A model generated the notes under the pieces. That model was not told the DNA's origin. It worked only from the letters and a program-made list of their open reading frames with translations, and made no database searches. From Paraphysomonas bandaiensis (taxonomy: Eukaryota > Protista > Chrysophyceae), in the NCBI GenBank assembly GCA_965644295.1, contig CBFFRP010000119.1:229758-293757 (forward strand): a stretch of DNA of 64,000 nucleotides. Direction: 5' to 3'. A program made the position numbers and the translations under genes. How positions within the stretch are numbered: position 1 is the first letter of the stretch; every line of letters begins with the position of its first letter. Below are positions 25,362 through 39,131 of this stretch, in pieces.

Positions 25362-25422
25362 TAATAGTATTGATAGAACGCTAACTTACAATAGTATTGC
25401 AATATATTGTTTCCTAGCCCTG
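25362..25422. mobile_element. Isolated terminus of the hAT family seen at 50692-51491
   Basis: ...AATAGTATTGCAATATATTGTTTCCTAGCCCTG matches the reverse complement of the first ~60 bp of the 50692 element. Confidence 0.7.
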
Positions 25423-25772
25423 ATTAATCTATCCTTCTTATAAAATAAAGTGTACCACTTACACATAAATATGAGTATAAGTGGGGTTAATTATTGCTAG
25501 CTCGTTGGTTATTAGCGTACTTTCAATTGACTACGCATCCACTACGAAGAATGTGTGGATCTACGCTATCATCATTCAGTGTATTACACGAAAAAACAAT
25601 GTACCAAAGGTACCCCTACAAATCTTCCATTATCCTTTCGAATCATGCACGATTTAAATCACAATTAATTTTAAGTATTTGACAATAGCGTACCAAGCAT
25701 CGAACTATCTTAACGCTCTAAATAGTTTCAACGTCACGACTTAGCAGTGTTGCTATATGACCAATTCGATCT

Positions 25773-26865
25773 CTATGCGGCGGTCATCCAGGGATGCCTT
25801 CTAATAGCATCAATGGTAAGCCTCTGGGATGGTGTAACCGCAAGCATCCTTTGTAGCAAGTCCATCGCTTCCTCAGATATATGAATATTCCACTGCAAGA
25901 GCATATTTCTCAGTTCTCCGTCCCGGATCATCCTGAACCTAGAATCCAGGGGAGAAGCAGTCTCCACGGGTGGAACGCCAGTGAGCAAGATGAAGAGAAT
26001 CACTCCTGCAGCCCACATATCAACCAGTAGACCGTTAAATGGGTACTTATTTTCTAGCACTTCGGGTGAAATGTAGTTCTTCTTTCCGCAAGGACCTTGT
26101 GGATTAATGAGGAGGACTTTATCATTCTCGGCAAGTCGGGGCAGCCGGAGACACATGCCCATGTCGATTATGATACACTGCATATCGTGACTGAGGAGTA
26201 AGTTTTCTAGAGACATATCTCTATGGCAGACGCCAATGCTTTGTAAGTGCTCTAGTCCATCCAAAACCTGACTAAAAAGATGTCTTGCTTGTGGTTCAGA
26301 CATCACACCGTTATTGTCAATGTACTCGTAGACCTCCCCACCATTGCAGAATCTCATAATTGAGAAGAAGTGTGTATTATCCTCTATACAACATATCTGT
26401 CCCATTATATTAGGGTGGCTATTACCAACAAATTGTAAGGCAGCCATTTCCTGTGAACAACGAATTGTGAGTGGGGTAAAATTCATTCGCAAGCAATACC
26501 TTCATCGGATCTTCTTGAGTTCTACCAGATAGTTGTCTAAGTCTATCCTTAGATATTATTTTAACAGCGACTAAATCTGATGTTCTCTTATAAATTTGGC
26601 TATTTTCGATTCTCTCTAAGGTGCACCCACAGTGCACAGCGCCGTATATTGCATCTCTTATTCTTCTACCCAACTCATATACATGGGACGAAGATATGAC
26701 ACAGACGCGATCCGCAACCACTCCGCTATTGTCTTGTACCCTTAAACGCTGGACACCACCAGGAATGATCACTGGATCTGGAAACGGTAGTGGGAGTGCA
26801 ATAGGTTCGCCATAATGGTCACCGACTATCTGAATCTCTTCACCCTGACCCGTAATGAACTCCAT
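25773..26865 (-). CDS. Ser/Thr protein kinase (CAMK-like), 2 exons
   Basis: VAVKII, HRDMSLEN, DMG, CGKKNYISPE, DMWAAG. Intron at ~26450-26498. Confidence 0.93.
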
Positions 26866-27401
26866 TACGTACAGTTAGACTACTAATGAGCAGTCATACA
26901 AAAACAAAGCAAGCAGTGGATTGTATGTATATGGTCATCACCTAAGTGGGGTATAAGTCTCAAATTAATGGTGTTTGCTATTAATTGCCTTGCAATGCAT
27001 CACGCTGTCGGTATGGAGCTACACGTACAATACATACACAATACAGCAGCAGTCAATGAGATGTCTGCAATAAAAAAAACATCCATCCAGCAAGGCTCCG
27101 CACACACCTCCACACTTCCCTTTATATTCGTTTCCCTCTAGAATGAACGCAAAAAAAACGGAAATCTAGAAATATGACCCCACAACTTTATCAACAAAAT
27201 CCTAGTTTTTATAGCTATACACTCTGCTGTATGTCACTGCCGTGGTTCTCTGTATACTCCATATCGTGTACATAAGGCTCTAGAATACAAAAAAGGATGG
27301 ACCTGCTGATGGTCATGTCATATCTAGTTTCCTGGTTTTGTCAAAATGATCCACGCACTGGCTGATGATCCATGGCATGCAATGCATATAACAGATGATG
27401 C

Positions 27402-28322
27402 ATAGATACTGCAGATGATAGATACTGCAGATGACAGATACTGCAGATGATAGATACTGCAGATGATAGATACTGCAGATGATAGATATTGCAGATAATA
27501 GGTATTGCAGATGATAGATACTGCAGATGATAGATACTGCAATGATAGATACAGCAATGATAGATACTGCAATGATAGATACTGCAATGATAGATACTGC
27601 AATGATAGATACTGCAATGCTAGATACTGCAATGATAGGTATTGCAGATGATAGATACTGCAGATGATAGATACTGCAGATGATAGATATTGCAGATGAT
27701 AGGTATTGCAGATGATAGATACTGCAATGATAGATACAGCAATGATAGATACTGCAATGATAGATACTGCAATGCTAGATACTGCAATGATAGGTATTGC
27801 AGATGATAGATACTGCAGATGATAGATACTGCAGATGATAGATATTGCAGATGATAGGTATTGCAGATGATAGATACTGCAGATGATAGATACTGCAGAT
27901 GATAGATATTGCAGATGATAGGTATTGCAGATGATAGATACTGCAGATGATAGATACTGCAATGATAGATACAGCAATGATAGATACAGCAATGATAGAT
28001 ACTGCAATGCTAGATACTGCAATGATAGGTATTGCAGATGATAGATACTGCAGATGATAGATACTGCAGATGATAGATACTGCAATGATAGATACTGCAG
28101 ATGATAGGTATTGCAGATGATAGGTATTGCAGATGATAGATACTGCAGATGATAGATACTGCAGATGATAGGTATTGCAATGATAGATACTGCAGATGAT
28201 AGGTATTGCAGATGATAGGTATTGCAGATGATAGATACTGCAGATGATAGATACTGCAATGATAGATACAGCAATGATAGATACTGCAATGATAGATACA
28301 GCAATGATAGATACTGCAGATG
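27402..28322. repeat. Minisatellite of 15/16-bp units (GATAGATACTGCAGAT, GATAGATACTGCAAT and variants)
   Basis: Directly visible tandem array of roughly 60 units. Confidence 0.97.
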
Positions 28323-28816
28323 AACATTTTTGTCTTTGAGTGGGCAGAACAATACTTGCTGACTATATAATATTATGTGGCTCAGGTTTGTTTCCCAGAA
28401 AAATCTCCGAAAAGGTGAGATTAATGACATTTATCTCTTACCTAGATTAATAAATTAGATAGAAATGGTGCAGTCCGAAAAGTAGTGTGTAAAGTATAAT
28501 TCCAGTTTTGGTAAAGGGAGCAATCTTAGATACAGAGATATCAGAGAGTTGACTATATGTTATATACCTATTATCGTTGGGATAAACTTAATGTAACTTC
28601 CTGTTAACATACACTTGACAATAATATAAGTAAACTTTGCTAGTTCTGAATACGACTACGAAAGCAAGTACTGGAATGATGGATTATAGAGAAATAATGA
28701 AATAAACCTCCAGAGTAACAGAGTAATACAGGAACATCAATTGATTTACATATATCAATACGCCATGTTATAGAAACCACTTATCATCAATAATAAAGCA
28801 ATAATATGCAATGCAA

Positions 28817-31800
28817 CTACAAGGTTTGCGAGCCTTTTCGTCCCGATTTTCTCTTGAGGTATTCGGATTTAATCTGCTGTTGTTTTTGCTGAATTATGTG
28901 ATTAAAGAATATGTCCTCCTCCGACTGCTTCTCTTTTTTACGTACAACACTTAATTCCATCTGTTCGAATTGAATTGCCCGAGAGGCCGCAAATACTCTC
29001 TCACGAAGGTCCTCCACAAGATTCGCATCAGCATCAACAATGGAAACACCCTCCTCCTCTAATTCTTGGGTAATGACCTGCCACCATTCCCCTTCCCGTA
29101 AAGTATCGTACCGCATGGCAATGGATATGACTTGTCTGTCGGTTGGGGAAAGGTTCTGGTCTGACATGTCTTCAGGACTGATTACAATCGGTTGCGTATC
29201 AGCGCCCATGGATGACAATGAACGTAGAAAACTTCTCACTTCCTTTTTCTGTTTAACATCATTATCGAGAACAACTTCGTCCTCGAGGTATGTGTCTTCC
29301 AGGGGTTGAACAAGAGAGTCGACCACTGGAATCTCCAAAAAGCCAAGGGATTGCAGAATAGCAGCAATAACACCACGCAGGTCGCTATCAAGAGCCTTCA
29401 TCCTAACTTGCTGTTGAATACGGCTACTTGATGACTGGCGTGCTGCTATAATGGCAGTATTGAGTTTCGTAACAGCTGAAGATTTATGTTCAGTAGGCGA
29501 TCCCATTTCCTTGGTATCTAAGAGAACTCCTTCCTCGGGGATCATAGGCCAAGAATGATTGCCAAGCCCGTTCCATATGTTGCACAGCACACCATCGGCG
29601 CCACGAATACTACCGATGCGTACTTCTTCATCCATCCAACAGTGTGCTAGCAGTTGCCCGATGGAGCGCATTGTTTTGTAACTACGCCATGCGTAAGCGA
29701 AAGAAACTAATCGCCGGTTGTCAAAAAGATCAGAGAGAACCCGGAGCACCATGCTACGTAATATAAAAGAAGACACCTCCAACATATCAAAAAGGGCATC
29801 AACGCCTTCTTTTTGAGCAAACAAAGCTTCATTAGTTTGATTTCCTACTATGGATTTCCAGATGCAGGAAAGTACTGAAATGGCGAAGACGTTCATCTCA
29901 CCACCGCTGTCTTCGTTAGTAGATGGTGCCTCACCCTCATCTCCAAAGGTGACCATCTTCACATTAGCCTGTTTACCAACGTTAGGAGGGCGGCGGTCTG
30001 TAAATTGTCGCAGAGCCTGAACAAGTGGTCCTATGCCTTTCACCTCACGTAGCTGTCGTTGACACTCAGTGCTTTTGCACATTACACCTATCATTCTCGC
30101 GGATTGTGCACGGGCAGAATTATCATCACTAGTTTCAAAAAAATGCAGAAATATACGTATAGCCTCGAGGTTTTCTAACCGCTGGTTAACAACGTTAGAT
30201 GTCATGAGACACCTATTAAGAAGTAAAAAAGTGTGATAGACAAGGCTGCGATGATCTGAAGTTTGAGAGTGGGAATACTTGCAAAGTACAGCTAAGGCAC
30301 GCGCTGGCCCCTGTACCCGTATGAACTCCCCCATCATTCGATGCGCATTGCCAGCTAGAATCGACATGGCCAGCACCTGAATCTCCTGTAATTGCATCAG
30401 GGGTAGAGCATCGACGATATCCCCTGCACCCTTTCCCTTTTCCTCATCTAGTGAGACTACGGATGCACTGTCGAGGTCCTCACTCGGTGCGGTGCTAAGC
30501 AGAGTGCTATCCAGTGCATCCTCCGCACTGCCATCATCCAGAGAGTTTTGTTCAAGGTACAAGAACAACACAGACATAAAAGGCGAAGACGCAATACAAG
30601 TTATGATATCTGGGTCATTGCTCATCAGCAGGTCGCCTATCAGAAGCCATAGTTCTCGCTTAAGCTGCATATCAATCCCAGTTAACGTTGAGAAATTTCG
30701 AAGTTTAGGAATCGGCTGGGAGTAGAAAGACCAGCCCTTCCGGCCTGCGTCTCCAACCGTTGCAAACGTGACCACATCATTCAAGAGGCCTGAGTTGATG
30801 AAGTGCGGGACAGATGCAGGGAAATTCACGAATAGCGTCAATATGATCACTATTTCGTTTCTCACTTCTTTGTCCGATTGCCTATATCCGTTGAAAATAA
30901 GCTTGCGCAGTACACTTCGCAGAGTGATTATGGCAGGCTTGAAGTCTATGATGTTAGCACTGTCGAGGTTTTGAGCACCGGACGCGGTCATGGTTGTCAC
31001 GTAGCATTCTAGACAGTTCCAAAGGAGCTCAATAGACCGCGAAATGTGAAAGTGATCCGGTCGGGCAGTCATAGACTCTTCACGTAGAGATATAATCATC
31101 GCATTACAGAGATAGCCATGATGACACATGATAGATGCACTGGCAGCATCGACAGAAAGGTCTAAACACAGATCCAGCAACAGTTTACCGTAATCGAGGG
31201 TGTCCGAGGCTGACGTCCTTAAAAGTTCCAGTGTTGCCATGTCACCACTGTCATTTATACTGTTCGCGCTGGAGTCATCGTCTGGTTTATCCTCGTCGCT
31301 GTCTGGCCGTTGTTTCCTCCGACGAGTACTCATAGCCGCAGCCAACTGACTAGTGATTTCCCTGAGCTCCTCCATCTTAGAAGCATAGTCGGTGAAAGCA
31401 CCATGCAGTCCAGCAGCAATCACTTCAACCGCACCACTCTCGCGAATTAAGTTCTGAATGTAGATCGTATCTGTAACTTGACATGCTGTTTCCTTAGGAG
31501 AAGTCTGGGGAATATCTTCTTTAAGCATTGCAGGATCGATACCACCATTCGCAATGCAACGAAAAGTCTTCACACATATATGTCGGGTAGAGAGATTTCC
31601 GATACTAATAAATTCCACCAATTTGGCATAAAATGCTTTGATTCTCTCAATACCGGTTGACCTTAGCCTTTCATTTGCCTTTGATTCCAGAAGAGCCTAT
31701 GATATGTAGGTCAGTGAGCAACATACTGTGACGAAGAGCACTTACCTTTGAGCACAGTTCCAGCACAGACACAAGAACAGGTTCAAACATATCAGGGTGT

Positions 31801-32061
31801 GAGTCAAGGCGTTCTCTCAAAACATCAAGCAGTACAATCACATGATTGAGGTCTTTAATGAATAATCTACATTCAAAGCATGAGAATATTCGACACAGTG
31901 AGGTTTGCGTACCCGTCATCAAACATTCGGCGCCATTTCTCAAACGCAAGCACGTGTCGATCGACATTATGTTTCGTATGCTCATGACATAAAGTGTGGA
32001 TAAGGCTTTCATAGTACTCATCATTCTTCCCGGCGATATCAGAAGTGGCGGTGTACTTCAT
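28817..32061 (-). CDS. CFAP69: Cilia- and flagella-associated protein 69-like ARM-repeat protein, 3 exons
   Basis: About 1040 aa, helical. Recognised motifs FIKDL, DKEVRNEI, IVGN..NE.LF..EGV..L.D.LE and W.DEE.RIG. Confidence 0.68.
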
Positions 32062-32788
32062 GTTATATCAGTCTCTTCAGGCTACAGTAAAATATATATA
32101 TATTAAAGGCAGCAAAGCTGCTCAACAATGCTATATATAAGCTCTGTCTACCTGATCGTCTAAATTCTCAAAGTAAACGAGACACAGCAATACAATGCAT
32201 GCAATGTAACATCCAGCATGCCAGTGAGCCCAAATCATGCAGAGGCAACAGACAGACCGGCTGGGTGTGTGTGTATGTATGTATGCTCTGCTGTATGCAG
32301 GTGTGTACACATAGTGCTGTGTAACGGCAGACACCGTATGACACGAATACGGAGTGGAAATACAGGGTCCTACCAACCTGTATACCCAGTATACCCAGTA
32401 TACAGTGCCGAATACGTACCTTTAGAGATGGAGTGTGCTGCTGAAAAATCTTGATTTTTATGCGTTAAAACCCCTAAATATCCTAAAAACCATGATTTTA
32501 GTTCTGACGGTTGGGGAGTGCGGAGTGGTCGGTGGAGTCACCAACACAACTCACCAAATTCAAATTTCACATTAATAGCAGCGCTGCACGGGAGGCATAG
32601 AGGGTTGCAGAGGCTTTAGTGTGTGGATATATAACTTAAACCCAGCTCAGAGTGTTCGTCCATTGCTGTACACAGCACGTATCCCGCACCTATATATTAT
32701 ATAGTGCCATGTGTGTGCACTCGAGTGCGTAATACCCCTTCAAAACATTAATAGACTTCAGTTAGATATAGTTGAGTCTATTTCAACC

Positions 32789-35416
32789 ATGCCAAACTGT
32801 AGTAATCAAGTGCTTGAAGGGTATTTAAAACAACAAAATATTAACGAGTTGGGATTATATGATTGGGTGGAGAAATATTTTTTACTGCATAAGGATTCAG
32901 GTGTACTTGAAATTCGAGAACAACGAAACACCAAGGCTTCAACCATGTCATTGGCGGGCTCCAGATACGCCAAGGAATGGTCTATTTCCACGCCTTCTAT
33001 TGGTAGCTATGGGTTTGATGTCGTTTGGTCTTCCGGACGAATATGGAGCTTCCTTGCTGATAACGAGCATGCCTGTAGAGAATGGGTAGAATCAATAAAC
33101 AGTGCAATAGACGTTAGCAACCACAGTTCTGTTGAGCGTACCCAAGGCGATGAGAAGCCCAAAGGGGTTCATTTTGATGATAGAGATAGCGATGACGTAT
33201 TTCAACATTTTGAAAGTGGCTTGAATACGCGTACATCTCATTCAGCAGATAGTGGGGTTGATGACACTAGATTGGCGCAACAATCTCCTGAGAGAGAGTA
33301 TAGTCCCAGCGCCCCGCCACCTACCGCCGTCAAATTTTACAGCAGGGATGATAGTAACAGCAGAGTGTACAATAGGCAGGATGATGCTCATGAGTGCAGC
33401 ATCAGTGCTATACCTACAGCTAACAGCAGCCGGACGCCTTCAGACGTATCTCCCGAGAGTGCGGGTGTTGCGTCAACGGTTGGGCAGGGGGAAGTTCGCC
33501 CCTTCAACATGTCTAAAGAAGAATGGGGAGGCGATGTTGGGATATCACACCCAGCCACGGCAGATGATAGTCGCCTAGAGACTCTTTCTCGGAAGTAAGA
33601 AACGGCATTGTTATTGTTGTGATATAACTGCTCTGTACAGGTGTCGAGACCTCTCCACTAGGCTGGTAGAGGCACAGCATCGGGCAGAAGAAGCGGAGGC
33701 GGAAATTCAGCAGGTATTATGTTCGCCTTTGTAAGATGCGAGCTTAATTTTCTGTGTAGGCCAAAGAGGAGGCTGCAAGGAGAACGGAATTGCTGGAGCG
33801 GAGACTTGCGGCTGCAGCTGAAAGGGAAAGTAAAACAGCTGCGGTATGATGTCCAGTTTAGCTCATATTGTCCTCATTATGTCGTGTTGCAGAGTCACAA
33901 AGAGGAGCTCGAAAATGCGCTTGTCCGCATCCAGGCAGAAACCAGAAGTCTGCACGAGGCTTCAGTTGTGGCACTGCGTGAGCAACACAGGCGAGAGGTA
34001 GCATGTCTAAAGGATGAAATTGAAGGAGAACGCAAGCGGTGCGCGCAGCTGATGGCAGGTGAGAAGGCCACTAGAGAGCGTGCAGAGGGTGCAGAAGTTG
34101 ATCTTAGACAGCAGCTGGCAAAGCTGAATGAGAGGTGTTGTGAGCTGCAGGCATCCTTAGAGAGGGAAACCAGGACATTGCGGTCTGAACGTTCAGTGTG
34201 GAGCAAAGAACGGAGAGACATGGAACGAGTGCACGAGCAGGAGATTTCTCGCGTGTTGGCTGAGCGAGATGAGTCTGTTTCTCAGGCACAAGAGGAATCT
34301 AAAAGAAGGGTTGCAGAGATGACTGCACGGTTTAATAGTACTATCAAGGACATTGAGGTGTGTAGCTCCAATTCTAATACTCCGCATTCTGAACTGTTGC
34401 GCAGCATACTACCCGCAGCGGTGTTCGACAAGAGTTAGAGGCTGAAAAGATGCTCGCTGTGTCTGCGATGCAAAAAAAGTGTTCTACTGACGTGGAGGAG
34501 GCGAGGATGGAAGAGAGGCGCAAGGCGGAAAACGAACTGAAGCGGGTTCGAGAGGCCTTCTTAGTGAGGGAGAAACAGACCGCAGAGGACCTTCACAGTT
34601 TGGAGAAATTGCACGCTGATCATATTGACAGACTGGTAGAAAGTTATAAACCTCATCTAATGTGCTTTCTGATTATTTCGTAGGAGAAAGAAGTGGAGAG
34701 CTACAAGGACCGTGTTCTAGCTGCCGAGCGCGAGGCGGAGAGCTGCCGGACGAAAGCAGCGATGGCTGAGGAGAAACTCTGCAGGGAAACTGATATGCAC
34801 AGAAAGGCACTCGGTCAACATACAGAGGCGGCACAATCCTTAGAGGTAGCGTTAGAAAGAGCACAGGATGAGGTCCAGTCAGCCCGCGCGCGAGAAACTC
34901 TTTACCGGGAACGTTTATCTGAAGCGGTGGAGGAGAACCGTTTACAGCATGCGGAACTTCTCGGATTGAGGAGACAGAGTGGGTCTGATGCCGCTCTTGC
35001 TGAATCTTGGCGAAGTGCATCAAAGGAGTCCGCTGTTTCGTTGGCCTCTTATGAGACTGCTCTGGAGATAGCGCGGGAGGAGGTCATCATGCTCGAGCAT
35101 AATATGCGGCGATTAGAAGAGGAAAACTCACGCTTGAGAGAGGCTCTGCAGTATGCGGACAATATTGTATACGGATCGTCTTCTACTTCATCAACAAAAA
35201 CCAAAAAAGGTTTACTTTCGTGCCGGGCTTATTATTTTATCTCACGTTGTAACAGGGTTTGCACACAAGCATGGAGCATCGGTATCACATATGTCCTCGT
35301 CGACATCGACAAAGAAGAGACATGGTCATCCTCCCTGGAAACCTGCCACAGCCTCAAGCGCTAAAGAAAATGTTGGAAGGAGGTTGTTCAATGTTTCTCC
35401 TGGGTGTACGTCATAG
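32789..35416 (+). CDS. PH-domain and coiled-coil protein, multi-exon
   Basis: LEGYLKQ...WVEKYFLL...FLAD....CREWVESI (PH domain), then E/R/A-rich heptad exons joined by GT-AG introns. Confidence 0.78.
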
Positions 35417-35588
35417 TCGTCAATATGTTTATATGTTTTTGTATTCCCCGTTTTCTCTGTTGATATCAATATTCTAACTGAAGTAACCAGCATTAGCACC
35501 TAACCACCTACACCGGACATCGAATTGTGTTCTTCACTACCTAATCCGCAGTTACTACATGGACAACATATGACAAAGAAATAGATTG

Positions 35589-35880
35589 CGTTGACTTCTG
35601 CAGTATGATGCGATATAGATTGTGCAATTGAAGTTAGGTAATAGTGTGCAATAGATGAAATCAACTATTTGATGTAATTGGTGAATATAGTTACAAAGAT
35701 ATAGGAATGACTACTGAACATATGACAAACAGATGTTCCTAAGAACAGAGGATGTTACATATATACTAAATACTAATATATATAATTCTTACTTTAAAGT
35801 ACATTCTGTGCAACAAAGCAAGGTAAAGATTTACGGGTAGAGCAAGGTTAACTTCAGTGTAATGATGTCCAATTGTAACA
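35589..35880. mobile_element. Degenerate solo LTR, same family as 54265-54586
   Basis: Colinear similarity with the 54265 copy, ending ...AATTGTAACA. No TSD recognisable. Confidence 0.65.
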
Positions 35881-35907
35881 GAACCAGAACTATATTCTAT
35901 ATTAAGA

Positions 35908-36127
35908 CCCTCAACAACTCAACAAAGACAGGCTAGCACCTTTTCGTGGTGTTCCTTGTGAAGTCAAGCATCCGGAACAGGGTCTACCTGTCTACCTTAA
36001 GGGCATCCGGGGTATTGAGCTGCCTGCTGAAGTCAGCCATCTGGGCTGTTCACTGTTCACCTTAAGACTCAAATAACCTGAAATTACATATCGACATTCT
36101 GCTTTCTCACTGTGTTTTCTTTGAATG
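35908..36127. repeat. Diverged, internally deleted copy of the left end of the 6014-7225 insert
   Basis: Shared CCCTCAACAA, GCACCTTTTCGTGGTGTTC, GGGCATCCGGG, GCTGCCTGCTGAAGT and CATTCTGCTT. Confidence 0.75.
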
Positions 36128-36199
36128 ATAGAGCGAAAGTGGTGCACAAACTGCTTTTGTAGCGCTAAATAGTAGGATATCAGAGTTAAGCCTATTGCT

Positions 36200-37430
36200 A
36201 TATATTGAAAGTCTTTTTATTTTTAGCAATAGGCGTTAAAAACTCTTTCCGATATAGTGGCTAGTTGAATGCTAGATCTACTAGTTAGACCGCTACCCAT
36301 AACTAATCAGCACAAATTCTATTATCCTACTATTTAGCGCTACAGAAGCTGCTTGTGCGTCGCCGCAAGCACCAAGGTGCAACCACTTCCGTTCTTGATG
36401 TTGTTTGTGAGTGTCGCCCTGCTTGTGTGTCTTAGGACTCACTGGCGCGAGTTGTCCGGGGGTCTCCCCTTGGCATAAGGTTTTGCCAGGCTCTGAGGTA
36501 CAGGGTTCTGTATTTTAAGGTTCTGAGTGTACCGAGCACTATATGTGTGTGCGGAGAGGTTGATGGTGTGGTGGAATGTGGCGTTGTCGCCGTGCACCGT
36601 CTGGGCGTCAGGCATAGGTGGAGTTGCCGGAGACGGCGTCGCCGCTGTCTAGGGCCTGATGGTTTCATACGGTCCGGTGCTATGGTCCTATGCGTATGTT
36701 TGGTGGGATTCAATAATCAGACTTTCATATAATATATTGGTGGGGTTCATATGTGCGGTGGGCGGGGTTCCAGTCTCGGTTCGTCTGTGGATTCCTAGTA
36801 ATCTTAGCACCCTTGGGCGTTTCCATTTCTGTCTATGTTTTGGACGCGGTCGCGGTAGTAGCCTTGGGGAACCTTTCTGTAGGGTAACGTGTATCGTCTA
36901 CTTCGATCTTGGATCATTAGCGTTTTGCTGCAGCGAAAAGCGGTAGAAGTAATCTGATGACCGCTGATTCGATGCTGCGCAGTCCTTGGGGTGTCAGTGA
37001 CTCATGGATGTGATCTCCAAAAACCGTCTCAAGTTGTGTAGTTGTGATGGTACCCGTCCAAAATTTATCCACCTGTGGAACGGAAGGATTCCAGGCCCTG
37101 CTGGAGAGCCGCCGTAGTACAGTGGTGGTCCATTGGGGTAGTTCCTGATTTCTCAGTTCTTCTTGAAGCGCGTTTTCGTGGCTGTGAAATGCAGACACAC
37201 ATGCTTGAGTTAGTCTAGTCTAAATCCGCAGTCAGAACATGCGGCTTTAGCCAGGTCGAGTCCGTGTTTGGTTTTCGCCCGGTTTCTTCCTATGCTGAAA
37301 GATTTGTCCCATGTCAGTGCTGCATTGAGTACTCGCTGGCGCAGGTGGGAACTCACTTTGTCCTTTGATGGTCCACCATCTGCTTGCGCCAGTTTGCGTG
37401 AGCCTATTGCTAATTATCAGACATTTTGTA
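36200..37430 (-). mobile_element. 5'-truncated non-LTR (LINE-like) retrotransposon 3' remnant
   Basis: Decayed CCHC-like knuckle CSDCGFRLD*LKHVCLH, followed by RAW...FWTGTIT and GLRSIE...LL.PLFAAAK. Homologous to 54690-55680, including the 3' UTR. Confidence 0.6.
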
Positions 37431-37499
37431 CCTATATCAAGAACATATTGGTTGAAATAATAGTATTGTATTAAAAGTTTGGTTCCAACAAGTATGTGA

Positions 37500-37958
37500 G
37501 TTGAACATATATTATTCAACCCAGTCAAATTGGTTGAATTTCCTAGTCATACTACTTTCGGTGTAAAACCCTAGTCAAAGCAATTAATGACTCAACCTAG
37601 TTAATTATAGTATTAAACCTAGTCATGAATTGTACTCGTATATAGCTACGCATTACAGAAGCATGAGGTCATAGCAGGTAAAGTATAACCAATGCAACAT
37701 ACATTAGGTCAAAACAAAGCTAAAGATAGCATAGGTAGACTCCATCGCTCTCTCCAATGCTGAAGTAGGCTGGTAGACCATTCTTTCTGTCAACACAATC
37801 TTCATGCATGTCATTCAGTTTCCTTTGAAAACATCGATGAAATCTTGCTCTAGTTATTCTAATGTTAAAAATTTAATTACTTGACTAGGTTTTTACACCA
37901 ATTTTGGTGTGACTAGAAAGTTCAACCAATTTGACTAGGTTGAAAAATAGATCCCAAC
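37500..37958. mobile_element. MITE-like element with ~85-bp imperfect inverted repeats
   Basis: TTCAACCCAGTCAAATTGGTTGAA...GGTGTAAAACCCTAGTCAA is mirrored at ~37880-37945. CCAACAAGTAT occurs on both flanks (37485-37495, 37954-37964), so the exact ends are ambiguous. Confidence 0.7.
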
Positions 37959-37989
37959 AAGTATCATCTATCTCTTTTGAATAAAACCA

Positions 37990-38600
37990 CTTCCATTAAG
38001 AATGGAATTTCTAAAATTCAAGCTGGGGATGAGATCAATTTGACGAGATATGAGAAAAATCGGTGCTGAGGTATGCTATTTGTGAGCAACTACAAGCTCT
38101 TTTACTTGAAGAACAGTAGTTTTGCAGTGGCGGTTAATAGTATATAGTATGACATGAACTAATGATAGCATGTGAACTGTGTAGCGAAACGGAAATATAT
38201 ATGTAGTAATAAGAAGTTGAATATAAGAGTACATGTCCACGAGACATGTAGTTTGTATTTTTACTACATGATGTAAACTCCTGTTCAGGGAAGCTAAAAT
38301 ATAAAATTAACATCTCGAACGTATCCGTACGCCCGATACACTTCATATGATACTGTTTTAAAAACAAATCCACACTTGCGCCCGGTTGCATACATGTTAC
38401 GTTTAAATGAACGCAGGTTTTGTGTGCGAGAAAAACTGCGAATAGAAGTGTGGAGGGCTTGGTGATCATGTTGTGTTAATGATAGAACTAAAAATGGAAT
38501 ATACGAATATACACATGTATTTAGCTGCCGATTAATCATATTACTATATTGCAACAATATTGTTGAACCGGTTAGAAATATTATTTCAATAGTACTGATG
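37990..38600 (+). mobile_element. Highly degenerate hAT transposase remnant
   Basis: KIQAGDEINLTRYEK and LLFREAK...ILFLKTNPHL remnants. Subterminal ATATTGCAACAATATTG resembles the 50692 family. Confidence 0.5.
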
Positions 38601-39131
38601 CAGATCTCAATATCAAAATATAATAATCTAAGTGTAACCTAAGGTGCAAAAATAGCTTTCATTCATTCAGGTACACGGCACTTCTGCTGTTATACTCATT
38701 GTATCTCTAACTGAATAACGAGACCCGTATACAACCGCAAGTACTTCATAACAGAACAATTAGACGATCCCTTCGCTATCATACACTAATAATATGTACC
38801 ATATGCACATACATACATAGTCAGCGCAGATATGCTTCTCTCCGCACACAATCACTCCTCACATAACTCACGTCGTCATGCCTCACAGAGCCCACGACAC
38901 CACTTTGAAGAGTGTTTCAACCTGTAAGTACGTTTCTCCGGTCCGCAGCACTCCTCAGGCTACATGTGGACCACAGCAGAGCACTAACAGACTAGTCCAT
39001 AGGCCTAGACTCACCCATACCTCAATAAACTACGTAACCATAGTTGCTTTTGGAATAATATACACACCCTCCATACAGTACTCCATACCCATATCACCAC
39101 TGGTACTACTACAGTGTACCTACCTACACCT

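Noticed and set aside
27402-28322. CRISPR-like array or telomere
   Set aside because: No unique spacers and no cas genes; the locus is eukaryotic and internal, and the unit is not a telomeric motif.
27324-28430. 368-aa LQYLSSAVSIIC repeat ORF as a CDS
   Set aside because: The repeat unit lacks stops on that strand, and the 16-bp units rotate through frames, so an open frame is expected without selection.
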